In this document: positions 18,329 through 28,759 of the stretch, piece after piece
Position numbering within the stretch: position 1 is the first letter of the stretch
Layout of the letters: each line of letters begins with the position of its first letter
Assembly (NCBI GenBank): GCA_965223545.1
Contig: OZ245006.1
Coordinates: 3,584,001 to 3,648,000, forward strand
Direction of reading: 5' to 3'
DNA from: Planctomycetota bacterium
GTDB lineage: Bacteria; Planctomycetota; UBA1135; UBA2386
Length of the DNA stretch: 64,000 nucleotides
Notes under the pieces: model-generated
The model's database searches: none
Seen by the model: only the letters and a program-made list of their open reading frames with translations
Told to the model about the DNA's origin: nothing
Made by a program: the position numbers and the translations under genes

Positions 18329-19978
18329 CTACAGCCCGAAGCCGGCGCTGAAGAACCCCGACACCGAGCCGAACAGCTCCTCGAAGAACAGCTCGGCCTC
18401 CGGATCGACGCGCCGGTCGGTGACGACGTATTCGCCCTTCGCCATACCGCCCGCCGCCCAGTGCCCGCGCGCCATACCGCCGACGGCCACATAGCCGGCG
18501 ACGACACCACCAGTGGCTACCCACGCGAGGCCGATGCCGGCGAACGTGACCGCGCCGAGCGCGAGACCGCCCGAGCTCAACAGACCGGCGGCGAGCCCAC
18601 CCCACGAGACCAGTCCGCACGCAACGCCACCACACGCGATGCCGCCGACCGCGACGCGGCCCAACGCGATTCCGCCATATGCCGTTTCTCCGCACGCGAG
18701 CCAGCCCTTGGCGATGCGCGCCGGGACTCCCGGCAGCCGCGGACCACCGACGAAGTGCACCAAGGGCAGGCCGAGCACGGTGGTCGCCGAACGATAATCG
18801 GTGCCCTGACCGCGGCTCATGCTGCGCATGCCCGCCCACAGGCGGCGGAGCGGCCCGCCCTGCTCGGCCCGCGCCTTGGTCGCGCGCCCCTCGGCGAGAG
18901 CCTCGAGATCGTCGCGCAGAGCGATCGCCGTCGCGTAGCGCTCTTCCGGCGCGTGCGCCATGGCCCGGCGGACCACCGCGGCCGCATCGGCGCTGCGCTC
19001 GCGCGCGAGAGCGCGGATCGACGGCGGCACGGTGCGGCGGATCGACTCGATCACTTCCAAGAAGCTCCCGCCGCGGAACGGCCGCACTCCCGCCAACGCC
19101 TCGTACAACGTCACGCCGAAGCTGTAGATGTCGGTGCGGTGGTCGACCTCCACGCCCGTGAGATGGGCCTGCTCCGGGGACATGTAGTACGGCGTCCCCA
19201 GCCCCTCTCCAGTCAGCGACAGCGCCGGGTCGGCGTCCGCCTTGGCCAAGCCGAAGTCGACCAACACCGCGCGGCCATCGCCGTGGATCAAGATGTTGGA
19301 CGGCTTGACGTCACGGTGCACCAACCCGTGCGCATGCGCCGCGGAGAGCGCATCCACCGCCGGCGCCAGCAGCGTCGCCACCGCCTGCTCGTAGTCGCGC
19401 GTGCGCGACGCCAAGGAGGCGATCCCGGCGGCGCGCGCCAGGTCGTCCGCGGTCCGCGGCCGATCGTTGGGCAACGCCTGCAGCACCGTCGCCAACGACG
19501 GTCCCTCGACGTACTCCATCGCCAGCCAGTGATGGCCGTGGCTCTCGCCGACGCCGTGGATCTGCACGACGTGCGGATGCCGCAGGCTGGCGATCGCCAG
19601 CGCCTCGCGCTCGAACCGATCGACGTGGCGCGGATCGACCGCCAGTCCCGGCCGCAGGATCTTGAGCGCGACCGGGCGCCGCAGAGCGGTGTCGTGCGCC
19701 AGCCAGACCACGGCCATGCCGCCCCGCCCCAGCTCGCGCTCCAATCGATACTGATCGAACGCGGCACCCGGCACCAGCGCCGCCGAGGTCGCCGCCGGCC
19801 GCGCCAACCCCGCATCGATCATCTTGAGAACGCGCTCCAACCCCGGCCGCACCGGCGCTGGCACTCGGCCCAAGACGTCGCGGTGCCGCGGCTGCTGGCC
19901 GGTGGCGATGGCGTCCGAGTACTCCGACACCAAGGTATCGAGCACATCGTCCAGGGACGGGTCGTTGGCTTCGGACAT
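18329..19978 (-). CDS. Membrane Ser/Thr protein kinase
   Basis: GRGGMA, VALK, HRDVKPSN, DFGLAK and GTPYYMSPE. C-terminal Gly/Ala-rich membrane domain (GLPLVH...AKGWLACG). Confidence 0.95.
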   Translation of the reverse strand: MSEANDPSLDDVLDTLVSEYSDAIATGQQPRHRDVLGRVPAPVRPGLERVLKMIDAGLARPAATSAALVPGAAFDQYRLERELGRGGMAVVWLAHDTALRRPVALKILRPGLAVDPRHVDRFEREALAIASLRHPHVVQIHGVGESHGHHWLAMEYVEGPSLATVLQALPNDRPRTADDLARAAGIASLASRTRDYEQAVATLLAPAVDALSAAHAHGLVHRDVKPSNILIHGDGRAVLVDFGLAKADADPALSLTGEGLGTPYYMSPEQAHLTGVEVDHRTDIYSFGVTLYEALAGVRPFRGGSFLEVIESIRRTVPPSIRALARERSADAAAVVRRAMAHAPEERYATAIALRDDLEALAEGRATKARAEQGGPLRRLWAGMRSMSRGQGTDYRSATTVLGLPLVHFVGGPRLPGVPARIAKGWLACGETAYGGIALGRVAVGGIACGGVACGLVSWGGLAAGLLSSGGLALGAVTFAGIGLAWVATGGVVAGYVAVGGMARGHWAAGGMAKGEYVVTDRRVDPEAELFFEELFGSVSGFFSAGFGL

Positions 19979-20151
19979 GGGAAGCTTGAGCGGAACGCGG
20001 GGGCAGATTCGCCGCCGATTGTCGCGATTTTCCGGGGCGACACGGCGATCCACCCGGCCGCCAAGATGCTGCGAACGCTGCTCTACGAGGGGGTCGCGCT
20101 GCCACGCCCCAACTTACGACGTTGCGCGGGCCCGGTGCGATGAAGGAATCC

Positions 20152-20275
20152 GTGCCCGACATCTCCGCCTGCACCTTCTCCTCGCCACCTTCGCCAGGTG
20201 GGTGAACCGCGAGCAGGCGAGGGTGGTCGCCCTCCTCATCGAGGAGAACCGAGGCCTGCGCGAGCATCTCGGACG
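20152..20275 (+). mobile_element. Transposase/integrase 5' remnant
   Basis: LHLLLATFARWVNREQARVVALLIEENRGLREHLG resembles the N-terminus of a common planctomycete IS integrase. It is frameshifted relative to GTG20152 and truncated. Confidence 0.6.
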
Positions 20276-20281
20276 ACCGAG

Positions 20282-21883
20282 CTACCCCCCACCGATCCGC
20301 GTCTCGAGGCCACCCGACGCGACGAGTCCAAGGCGATTGGCCGCCGGGTCGACGACGAACCACTGCGCCTGCACCGCGAGCCCCACCAACCCGCTGTCGT
20401 CGGGCACCGCGAGGCCGAGCCGCCCACTTCCAGTGAAGTCCGTGGGCGCCGCGACGGTCACCAGCTCGGCGACCCAGTCGGTGCAGCCCGGCATGCCGAT
20501 GCTCTGCAACGGGATCGCCGACCGTGCCACCCCCAATGTGACGAACCCCGGAGCTTCGAACGGCGCCGCCCGCACGCGCAGCGTTACGGTCTCGCCGAGA
20601 ATCGGCCGTTCGCGCACCTCGAGACGCATGCGGCGCGCGAGCGAGCCGTCGCAGGCGGCACCGAACCGCGTCACCTTACCCGGGTCCGCTGCGGTCACGT
20701 TCTGGAAGGTGGTGATCCGACCGCCGAACGGCGAGACCTCCGAAGCGGCCGGGACACCGACCAACAGGTCCGGTCTGCCGTCGTCGTTCAAGTCGCCGAC
20801 GGCGACGCTCGCACCGAACACCTCACCGCCAAAACGACCGGGGAGCAGGGCAATCGTGTCGCCGTCGAGCGTGCCGTCGTGACGGACGACTTGCACATAG
20901 CCTGCTGAGAGACTCTGCGGGCTCGACGGCGCGCCGATCACCACGTCCGCGCGGCCGTCACCATCGACATCCGACGTCCGGACGACCGCGCCGAGGAGGT
21001 CCCGTCCGGTGCCGTCGAGGCGCAGTAGCTGGTTGTTGGCGATGTTGTCGAAGACGAACACTGAACCCCCATCCGAAGGCGCACCGACCACGACGTCGAG
21101 CGCACCATCACCGTCGACGTCACCGGCCGCGAGGCTGCTCCCGAAAGACTCCGCGCCGCTCGGCGCAGGAAGTCTGGCAAGCATGCCCCGGGTCCGTCCC
21201 GAGTAGATCTCGACATCGACACCGTCGAAGAACCCGAGACCGATCTCGGAGAAGCCATCTCGATCGAGATCTCCCAGACCAGCGACACTCTTCAAGCGCC
21301 GTGAGAACGATCTGCGGGAGAGTTGCTGGCCATCACGGCCCGAGTAGACGTAGGAGAATCCGAACTTGGCCGTCATTTCCGTGGCCGAGACGACGACATC
21401 GTCGAACCCGTCGTTGTTGAAGTCGCCCGCTCCGTCCACAGAACCACCGAACAACACTTCCCCGGCCGGAGCGGTCAGTGTGTGCAGGATTCCGCGCGTT
21501 CGTCCCGAGATGACGACTGCGTAGCTCGGGTCCGGACCCGCGGACCCCGGCGCACCGATCACGAAGTCGCCGACGCCATCCGCGTCGACGTCACCGGCCG
21601 CCGCCAGGGCGAGCCCGAAGAGATCGCCAGCCGGCCCACTCACCTCGAACATTGGCGCGCCACTCGCGCCCGAGTAGACCTTGACGGCGTTGTCGAGGGA
21701 CTGGCTGACGACGAGATCGTCGATGCCGTCTCCGTCGAGATCGCCGGGGATGCAGACCTCCTCGCCGAAGAGTCCCGCGGTGGACGTGGGTCGCACCGAG
21801 AAAGTCTCGAGATACTGCGCCGGCAGCGCCGCCGCGAAGAGAGTTGCCGCGAGAGCGCCGCGGCCGATCGTGGTTGGTGTCAT
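20282..21883 (-). CDS. FG-GAP (integrin-alpha-like) repeat protein, paralog 1
   Basis: Seven FG...GDxDxDG..D.xxGAP-type repeats, a signal peptide and the Cys-pair C-terminal domain. Confidence 0.9.
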   Translation of the reverse strand: MTPTTIGRGALAATLFAAALPAQYLETFSVRPTSTAGLFGEEVCIPGDLDGDGIDDLVVSQSLDNAVKVYSGASGAPMFEVSGPAGDLFGLALAAAGDVDADGVGDFVIGAPGSAGPDPSYAVVISGRTRGILHTLTAPAGEVLFGGSVDGAGDFNNDGFDDVVVSATEMTAKFGFSYVYSGRDGQQLSRRSFSRRLKSVAGLGDLDRDGFSEIGLGFFDGVDVEIYSGRTRGMLARLPAPSGAESFGSSLAAGDVDGDGALDVVVGAPSDGGSVFVFDNIANNQLLRLDGTGRDLLGAVVRTSDVDGDGRADVVIGAPSSPQSLSAGYVQVVRHDGTLDGDTIALLPGRFGGEVFGASVAVGDLNDDGRPDLLVGVPAASEVSPFGGRITTFQNVTAADPGKVTRFGAACDGSLARRMRLEVRERPILGETVTLRVRAAPFEAPGFVTLGVARSAIPLQSIGMPGCTDWVAELVTVAAPTDFTGSGRLGLAVPDDSGLVGLAVQAQWFVVDPAANRLGLVASGGLETRIGGG

Positions 21884-22011
21884 GGTTTCGCCTGTCGTGT
21901 ACCCGGGGGCAACATCCCCCGGCTTCCCTCGCGCAGGGCGCCACGACCGACTGCCATCGTCGCCAGACAATCTGGCGTTTCGCGATTGCGCGGGCAGCAG
22001 AGACTGTCGCC

Positions 22012-23613
22012 CTATCCCCCGCCGATCCTGGCCTCCAGTCCACCGGACGCGACGACTCCCAGGCTGTTGGCCGGCGGGTCGACCACGAACCACTGGGTCT
22101 GCAGCGCGAACCCCACCAGTCCGCTGTTGTCGGGCACCGCAAGGCCGAGCCCCCCACGCCCAGTGGAATCCGTTGCCACCGCGACCGCTACGAGCTCGGA
22201 GACCAGATCGATACAGCCGGGCATGCCGATGCTCTGCAACGGACTCGACGACCGGGACACTCCCAACGTGACGACACCCGGCGCTGTGAATGGCGCGGCG
22301 CGCACGGCCAAGACGAGGCTCTCGCCGAGGATCGGCCGCCCGCGAACCTCGAGGCGCATGCGTCGCCCCAGCGACCCGTCGCAGCCACTGTCGAACCGCT
22401 CGACCTTTCCGGGGTCCGTGGGTGTCACGTTCCGGAACGCAGTGATCCGTCCACCGTTCGGCGTGACCTCGGAGGCGAACGGTACGCCGATGACGAGGTC
22501 GGGTCTCCCGTCGTCGTCGAGGTCTCCGGCGCCGATGCTGGTCCCGAACCCCTCACCCCCGGTGCTGCCCGCTGCGAGGCCGATCGTCCTGCCGCTGGCG
22601 GTGCCGTCGTAGGCGACGATCTGCACGTAGCCCGGGGACACCCCCCCAGCCCGCGCGGGCGCGCCGGCGACGACGTCATCGCGACCATCGCCGTCGACAT
22701 CGACCGCTCGCAGGGATGCTCCCATGCACTCTCCACTGCCGCCACCGTCGATCCGCATCAACAGGGTGCTGCTCATGTTGTCGTAGACGAAGACGCTCCC
22801 GGCATCCCCGGGCGCTCCGATCATCACGTCGATTTCGCCGTCGCCATCGACATCGCCGGCCGCGAGACTTCCCCCGAACTCGGTGACTCCGCCAGGGGTG
22901 ATGAAGAAAGCCAGCCTGGTTCGCTGGCGCCCCGAGTGGACATCGACGGCGAAACTGCCGGTCGTTCCGATCCCGATCTCTGCGAACCCGTCGCCGTCCA
23001 AGTCTCCCAGGCCTGCGACCGCCGCGAGTGGGTCGATGAACGACGTGCCGTAGAGCTCGCGGCCATCGCGGCCGGAGTAGACCAGCGCCCTGCCTCTGCT
23101 GGTGCCCTCTCGGGCGGAGACGATGACGTCGTCGAACCCATCGCCGTTGAAGTCGCCTGCGCCGTTCACGCACTCACCGAACAGACTGAGGCCCGCCGGG
23201 GGAGAGATCGTGTGCAATCGGCTGCGCGTGCGCCCCGAGACGACCACCACATAGCCAGGGCTCGAGACGTTGAACTGGGGAGCACCGACGACGAAGTCGT
23301 CGACCCCGTCGGCGTCGACGTCACCGGCGGCCGCCACGCTGAACCCGAAGTCATCGCCGGCCGCGGCGCTCACTTCGAACAGGGGCAGTCCGGTCTGCCC
23401 CGAGAACACCTTCACGGTGTCGATCGTGTAATGGCCGGCGACGACGTCGTCGTTGCCATCCGCATCGAGGTCGCCGGGAATGCAGACATCGTCGCCGAAC
23501 CGGCCCTCCGGGGCCGCAGTGCGCACCGAGAACGTCTCGAGATACTGCGCCGTGAGCGATGCGGTGAGGAGCGTGGCCGCGAGAACGCCGCGGCAAGTCG
23601 TAGTTCGTGTCAT
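22012..23613 (-). CDS. FG-GAP repeat protein, paralog 2
   Basis: Same architecture as paralog 1; mature N-terminus QYLETFSV. Confidence 0.9.
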   Translation of the reverse strand: MTRTTTCRGVLAATLLTASLTAQYLETFSVRTAAPEGRFGDDVCIPGDLDADGNDDVVAGHYTIDTVKVFSGQTGLPLFEVSAAAGDDFGFSVAAAGDVDADGVDDFVVGAPQFNVSSPGYVVVVSGRTRSRLHTISPPAGLSLFGECVNGAGDFNGDGFDDVIVSAREGTSRGRALVYSGRDGRELYGTSFIDPLAAVAGLGDLDGDGFAEIGIGTTGSFAVDVHSGRQRTRLAFFITPGGVTEFGGSLAAGDVDGDGEIDVMIGAPGDAGSVFVYDNMSSTLLMRIDGGGSGECMGASLRAVDVDGDGRDDVVAGAPARAGGVSPGYVQIVAYDGTASGRTIGLAAGSTGGEGFGTSIGAGDLDDDGRPDLVIGVPFASEVTPNGGRITAFRNVTPTDPGKVERFDSGCDGSLGRRMRLEVRGRPILGESLVLAVRAAPFTAPGVVTLGVSRSSSPLQSIGMPGCIDLVSELVAVAVATDSTGRGGLGLAVPDNSGLVGFALQTQWFVVDPPANSLGVVASGGLEARIGGG

Positions 23614-23753
23614 GGTTCTGACTGCTGTCAAGGTCGGGGCAACATCGCCCCACCTCCCTCGCGCAGAACACGGTTCGCGACTGCCAAGCGTCGCCCAAAG
23701 CACCGGGCAGCAGCTCCATGAGCGCGCCCGAACCGACGCGAAGAGCGCCGTAC

Positions 23754-25352
23754 CTAGCCCGCGCCGATCGTGACCTCGAGCCCGCCAGAGGCGACGACTC
23801 CGAGGCTGTTGGCCGGCGGGTCGACCACGAACCACTGGCTCTGCAGGTCCAGCCCCACCAACGCGCTGTTGGCCGGCACCGCGAGGCCGAGTTGCCCTCG
23901 CCCACTGCTGTCCGTGCGCACCGCGACCGCCATGAGCTCCGAGACCAGATCGGTACAGCCCGGCATGCCGATCCCCTGCAGCGGGGTGGCCGCGCGCGCC
24001 AGCCCCAGCGAAACCACGCCGAGAGCACCGACCGGTGCCGCGCGGACGCGCAGCGAGAAGTTCGCGCCGAGAATGGGCCTGCCGCCCACCTCGAGGCGCA
24101 TGCGGCGCCCCAGCGACCCGTCACAGCCCTTGCCGAACCGCGTCATGTTTCCGGGGTCCGCCGGAGTCACGTTCTCGAAAGTCGTGATCCGACCGCCCAG
24201 CGGCGTGATCTCCGAGGCGCGCGGCACGCCGACGACGAGGTCCGGCTTGCCGTCATCGTTGACGTCGCCAAGGCCGACATCGACTCCAAACTGCTCGCCG
24301 CCGAACTTCCCGGGGAGCAACCCGATGGTTCTGCCATTGGGGGTGCCGTCATGGCCAACAACGAGCACGTAGCCTGCAGAGAGTGACGGATTGATATTCG
24401 GCGCGCCGGCAACGACATCGGCGCGGCCGTCACCATCGATGTCAGCCGCTCGGACGACCGTTCCCAGCTGGTCGTTTCCCGTGCCGTCGATCCGCATGAG
24501 CTGGGAGCGCGTTGGGTGATCGTAGACGAAGACCGTACCTGCAGAGGCGCCCGCGCCGATGATCACTTCGAGATCGCCATCGCCGTCGACATCTCCGGAA
24601 GCGAGACTCTGGCCGAAGTTCGTGATCCCAGACGGTTGAAAGTACGTGGCGAGCGTACCTCGCGTCCGGCCCGAGACGATCTCGGTGTCGAATCCGTTCT
24701 CGACTCCGATACCAATCTCCGCAAACCCATCTCCGTCGAGATCCCCCAGCCCAGCGACACAGAAGATCTTCGACGGGAGAGTCTCGCGCTGCAGCTCGCG
24801 ACCATCGCGACCGGAATAGACATAGACGCTGCCTTGCCGGGCGCCGTCGAAAGTGGAAACGACAACGTCGTCGAACCCGTCGTTGTTGAAATCGCCGGCT
24901 GCGGCGACGTGCTCGCCGAACGCTTGTTGCCCCACGGGCGCCACAATGGTGCGCAAGCGGCTCCGCGTGCGTCCCGAGACGACGACGACGTAGCCCGAGC
25001 CACCCCCGACGAACTGCGGCGCACCGATCACGAGGTCTCCGACTCCGTCCGCGTCGACGTCACCCGCCGACGCGACGCTCCAGCCGAAGTCGTCGCCCGA
25101 AGCCCCGTTGAGCTCGAACAAGAACCGCCCCCCCTGCCCTGAGTACACCTTGACGGTGTCAATCGAGTGATGGCTGGCGACGACGTCGTCGTTCCCATCC
25201 CCGTCGAAATCGCCGGGGATGCAGACCGATTGACCGAAGAACCCCTCGGGGGCTGCGGTGTGCACGGAGAACGTCTCGAGATACTGGGCCGGGAGCGCCC
25301 CGGCCAACAACGCTGCCGCGAGCAGGTCGCGGCCGATCATGGTTGGTCTCAT
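23754..25352 (-). CDS. FG-GAP repeat protein, paralog 3
   Basis: Same architecture as paralog 1; mature N-terminus QYLETFSV. Confidence 0.9.
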   Translation of the reverse strand: MRPTMIGRDLLAAALLAGALPAQYLETFSVHTAAPEGFFGQSVCIPGDFDGDGNDDVVASHHSIDTVKVYSGQGGRFLFELNGASGDDFGWSVASAGDVDADGVGDLVIGAPQFVGGGSGYVVVVSGRTRSRLRTIVAPVGQQAFGEHVAAAGDFNNDGFDDVVVSTFDGARQGSVYVYSGRDGRELQRETLPSKIFCVAGLGDLDGDGFAEIGIGVENGFDTEIVSGRTRGTLATYFQPSGITNFGQSLASGDVDGDGDLEVIIGAGASAGTVFVYDHPTRSQLMRIDGTGNDQLGTVVRAADIDGDGRADVVAGAPNINPSLSAGYVLVVGHDGTPNGRTIGLLPGKFGGEQFGVDVGLGDVNDDGKPDLVVGVPRASEITPLGGRITTFENVTPADPGNMTRFGKGCDGSLGRRMRLEVGGRPILGANFSLRVRAAPVGALGVVSLGLARAATPLQGIGMPGCTDLVSELMAVAVRTDSSGRGQLGLAVPANSALVGLDLQSQWFVVDPPANSLGVVASGGLEVTIGAG

Positions 25353-25754
25353 GGCTTCTGCCTGTCGAAAAGAGCCGGGGCGACATCACCCCGACCCCCC
25401 TCGCGCAGAACGCCACGTCCGACTGCCATCTCCCCACCTTCGGTCAAGCGCAGAACGGGATCGGCCTCGAAAGCCGGTGTGAGCCTCGGGGTCCGAGAAC
25501 GTTCGAGCGGCAACAACCTTTCGGAAGGCCCGTCGTCGCCGGGACTTCGATACCGCAACTCCCGGAGGCTCGAAGACAACACTGGCCTCTGGGCTCAGCG
25601 CGGCCGCCGGCGACCGCGGGACCCGCGACCGACGCTCGGGTCGCGGAATGCTCCGTGTTTGGTTGCGGCCCCGGCCGCGCTGAGAGCTCCACCGAACGGA
25701 CCGACCAAGCGGCTTGGCCACGCGACGACGGCTTCCTACGCTGCTGCGCCGCCC

Positions 25755-26432
25755 ATGAATCTGCTGCCCTGCGTCGAAATCGATCCCCCGAGCGGCACGC
25801 CGCGCTACGCCGTGCTGTGGATGCACGGCCTCGGCGCCGATGGCCACGACTTCGAGCCGATCGTGCCCGAGCTGGCGGTGCCCGACGATCGAGACGTGCG
25901 GTTCGTGTTTCCGCACGCGCCGTCGATCCCGGTCACGCTGAACATGGGGATGCACATGCCGGCGTGGTACGACATCACCGAAGTCGACCTGCAGCGACGC
26001 CATGACAAGGCCGGCATCCGCGCGTCGGCAGAGCACATCCACGCGCTGATCCGGCGCGAGAACGAGCGCGGCATCCCGAGCGACCACGTCTTTCTCGCCG
26101 GCTTCTCGCAGGGCGGCGCGATGGCGCTGTTCTGCGGCACGCGCTACCCGGAGCCGCTGTGCGGCGTGCTCGGCCTGTCGACCTACCTCGTGTGCGAGGA
26201 CTCACTCGACGCGGAGGCGAGCGACGCCAACCGGCGCACCCCGGTCTTCATGGCGCACGGCGACCAGGATCCGATGGTGCCGCTGGTGCGCGGACAGGCG
26301 GCGCGCGCCGCCCTCGAGAGCCGCGGCTACGACGTCGCGTGGCAGACCTACGGAATGGCGCACGCGGTGTGCCTGGAGGAGATCCAGGCGATCGGCGCGT
26401 TCTTGACCGAGCACACGGAGCCCGGCGCTTGA
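25755..26432 (+). CDS. Phospholipase/carboxylesterase (EstB-like alpha/beta hydrolase)
   Basis: HGLGADG, PAWYDI, GFSQGG, HGDQDPMVP and the catalytic His in MAHAV. Confidence 0.95.
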   Translation: MNLLPCVEIDPPSGTPRYAVLWMHGLGADGHDFEPIVPELAVPDDRDVRFVFPHAPSIPVTLNMGMHMPAWYDITEVDLQRRHDKAGIRASAEHIHALIRRENERGIPSDHVFLAGFSQGGAMALFCGTRYPEPLCGVLGLSTYLVCEDSLDAEASDANRRTPVFMAHGDQDPMVPLVRGQAARAALESRGYDVAWQTYGMAHAVCLEEIQAIGAFLTEHTEPGA

Positions 26433-26512
26433 AGCAAGCCGCCGAGCCAAGCCGACTCGGCGTGGGCACTGGGCGTGTGGTCGCCCGACGGCGATCCTGC
26501 ACAATCACCGCC

Positions 26513-28759
26513 ATGTTGCGCAACGCGACTCTCCTCGCGATCTCGGCGGCGGCCCCTTTGCCGGCACAAGACCCCGTTCTCATCGAAGCCGAGGCCTTCG
26601 ACCACCACGGCGGGTGGGTGCTTGACACGCAGTTCGTGCACAGCACGGGCTCCCCCTACCTGCTGGCCCACGGCCTCGGCCAGCCAGTCGAAGACGCGAC
26701 AACGGAGGTCGAGGTCCCGCGTGCCGGTCGCTACCGCGTCTGGGTGCGGACGCTGGACTGGGTCGGCCGGTGGAACGCCCCCGGCGCGCCCGGTCGCTTC
26801 GAGGTGTGGGTCGATGGCGCGCGCTTGCCGCGCGTCTTCGGCATCGAGGGCGCCGAGTGGGGCTGGCACGACGGGGGCGTGGTGACCCTCGACGGCGGCC
26901 GGACCACCCTGCGGCTGCGCGACCTAGCTGGGTTCGACGGTCGCTGCGATGCGATCCTGCTGAGCGCCGATCTCGACCGGCGCCCGCCCGACGGCGGCGA
27001 AGCGCTCGCCGCGCTCCGCGCGAAACTGCGCGGACCAGCGCCCGACGGCGCCCAGCACGAGCACGATCTGGTCGTCATCGGCGGCGGCTACGGCGGCATC
27101 GCGGCGGCGATCTCCGCCGCGCGGATGGGCTGTCGCGTCGCCCTGCTGCAGAACCGCGGCGTGCTCGGCGGCAACGGCAGCAGCGAGGTCCGCGTGTGGT
27201 CGCAGGGTGGCATCCGCCGGGGCCTCTACCCCCGGCTGGGTGAGATCGTCGAGGAGTTCTGCGACAACGCCAGCGAGAGTCCGGGCCGCGCCGATGAGTT
27301 CGGCGACGCGAAGAAGGAGGCTCTGGTGCGCGCCGAGTCCGGCATCGACCTGTTCTTGCACCACCACGCCGACCGCGTCGTCATGCACGGCGCGACCATC
27401 GCCGCCGTCGAGGCGTTCGATGTGCGCAGCGGCCACCGCCGCCGGTTCGCGGCGCGCCTGTTCGCCGACTGCACGGGGCACGGCTCGATCGGCGCCCTGG
27501 CCGGCGCGGATCACACCGTGCGCGAAACCGAGCACCTCGGCATGAGCAACATGTGGCGCTGGGAGCACACCGATGAGGCCACCGAGTTCCCACCGACTCC
27601 GTGGGCGCTGCAGCTCACGCTCGACGACTTCCCCTACCCACACGGCAGAGGCGAGTGGTTCTGGGAGAGCGGTTTCGACCAGCATCCCATCACCGCCTTG
27701 GAGGCGACGCGGGATTGGAACCTGCGGGCCGTGTTCGCCGCCTTCCAGGCGATGAAGAGCGGCGCGCGCGCCGACGAGCACGCAAATGCGCGACTCACCT
27801 GGGTGGCCTACATCGGCGGCACGCGCGAGTCGCGCCAGCTGCTCGGCGACGTCGTCTTGAGCCGCGAGGACATCGTCACCAAGCGCTCCTTCGACGACGG
27901 CTGCGTGCCGACGACCTGGGACATCGACCTACACTACCCGCGAGAGCAATACGCAAAGCGCTACCCCGACAACCCGTTCATCTCGAGGGCGCACTTCGAC
28001 CGCAGCGTGGACCGCCGCCACGGCTATCCGGTGCCCTATCGGTGCTTCTACTCGCGCAACATCGACAACCTGCTGATGGCGGGGCGGTGCATCAGCGTCA
28101 CGCACGAAGCGCTGGGTACGGTCAGAGTGATGCGCACCGGGGGCATGATCGGCGAAGTCGTCGGCAAGGCGGCCGCCATCTGCGTCGCCGAGTCCTGCAC
28201 ACCGCGTCAGGTGTACGGCGACCACCTCTCGAAGCTGCAAGAGCTCATGCGGCTCCCCGGGCGCGCCCGCCGCTTAGAGGTCACCGCGCCCATCACCGTG
28301 CCGCCGCCGGCACCGGGTCAGCGCGACCGCGCCGCCGCGGACGTTCCCGGCATCGTCGTCGACGACGACCGCGCCGAGCTGGTCGGCGACTGGCAGGAGA
28401 GTCAGTCCGTGGCCGGCTTCATCGGAGCCCGCTACTTGCACGACGGCAACCGCGCCAAGGGTGCCGCCAGCGCGCGCTTCGTGCTGCGCGCCCGCGAGTC
28501 CGGTCCCCACCGCCTCGGCCTGTGTTGGACCGCCGACCAGAACCGCGCGTCGCGCGTCGGCATCAGCATCCGCACGACTGCCGGTGAGCAGGTGGTGCAC
28601 GTCGACATGCGCACTCCCCCCACGGGCGAGGATGGCTTCGACGACCTGACGACGCTGCACCTCGACAGCGGCCACGCCGTCGTCGTCACCATCTCGAACG
28701 CCGCCACCGACGGCCACGTGATCGTCGACGCGGCGCGACTGCTGCACACGCCGCAGTGA
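26513..28759 (+). CDS. Secreted FAD-dependent oxidoreductase with accessory beta-sandwich domains
   Basis: GGGYGG, LGGNGSSEVRV, DCTG, RESR, AGRCIS and RVMRT. C-terminal IVVDD...YLHDGN...VIVDA domain. Confidence 0.9.
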   Translation: MLRNATLLAISAAAPLPAQDPVLIEAEAFDHHGGWVLDTQFVHSTGSPYLLAHGLGQPVEDATTEVEVPRAGRYRVWVRTLDWVGRWNAPGAPGRFEVWVDGARLPRVFGIEGAEWGWHDGGVVTLDGGRTTLRLRDLAGFDGRCDAILLSADLDRRPPDGGEALAALRAKLRGPAPDGAQHEHDLVVIGGGYGGIAAAISAARMGCRVALLQNRGVLGGNGSSEVRVWSQGGIRRGLYPRLGEIVEEFCDNASESPGRADEFGDAKKEALVRAESGIDLFLHHHADRVVMHGATIAAVEAFDVRSGHRRRFAARLFADCTGHGSIGALAGADHTVRETEHLGMSNMWRWEHTDEATEFPPTPWALQLTLDDFPYPHGRGEWFWESGFDQHPITALEATRDWNLRAVFAAFQAMKSGARADEHANARLTWVAYIGGTRESRQLLGDVVLSREDIVTKRSFDDGCVPTTWDIDLHYPREQYAKRYPDNPFISRAHFDRSVDRRHGYPVPYRCFYSRNIDNLLMAGRCISVTHEALGTVRVMRTGGMIGEVVGKAAAICVAESCTPRQVYGDHLSKLQELMRLPGRARRLEVTAPITVPPPAPGQRDRAAADVPGIVVDDDRAELVGDWQESQSVAGFIGARYLHDGNRAKGAASARFVLRARESGPHRLGLCWTADQNRASRVGISIRTTAGEQVVHVDMRTPPTGEDGFDDLTTLHLDSGHAVVVTISNAATDGHVIVDAARLLHTPQ

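Noticed and set aside
20282..25352. Repeats as a CRISPR array or assembly duplication
   Set aside because: They are coding FG-GAP repeats and diverged paralogs, not identical spaced repeats.
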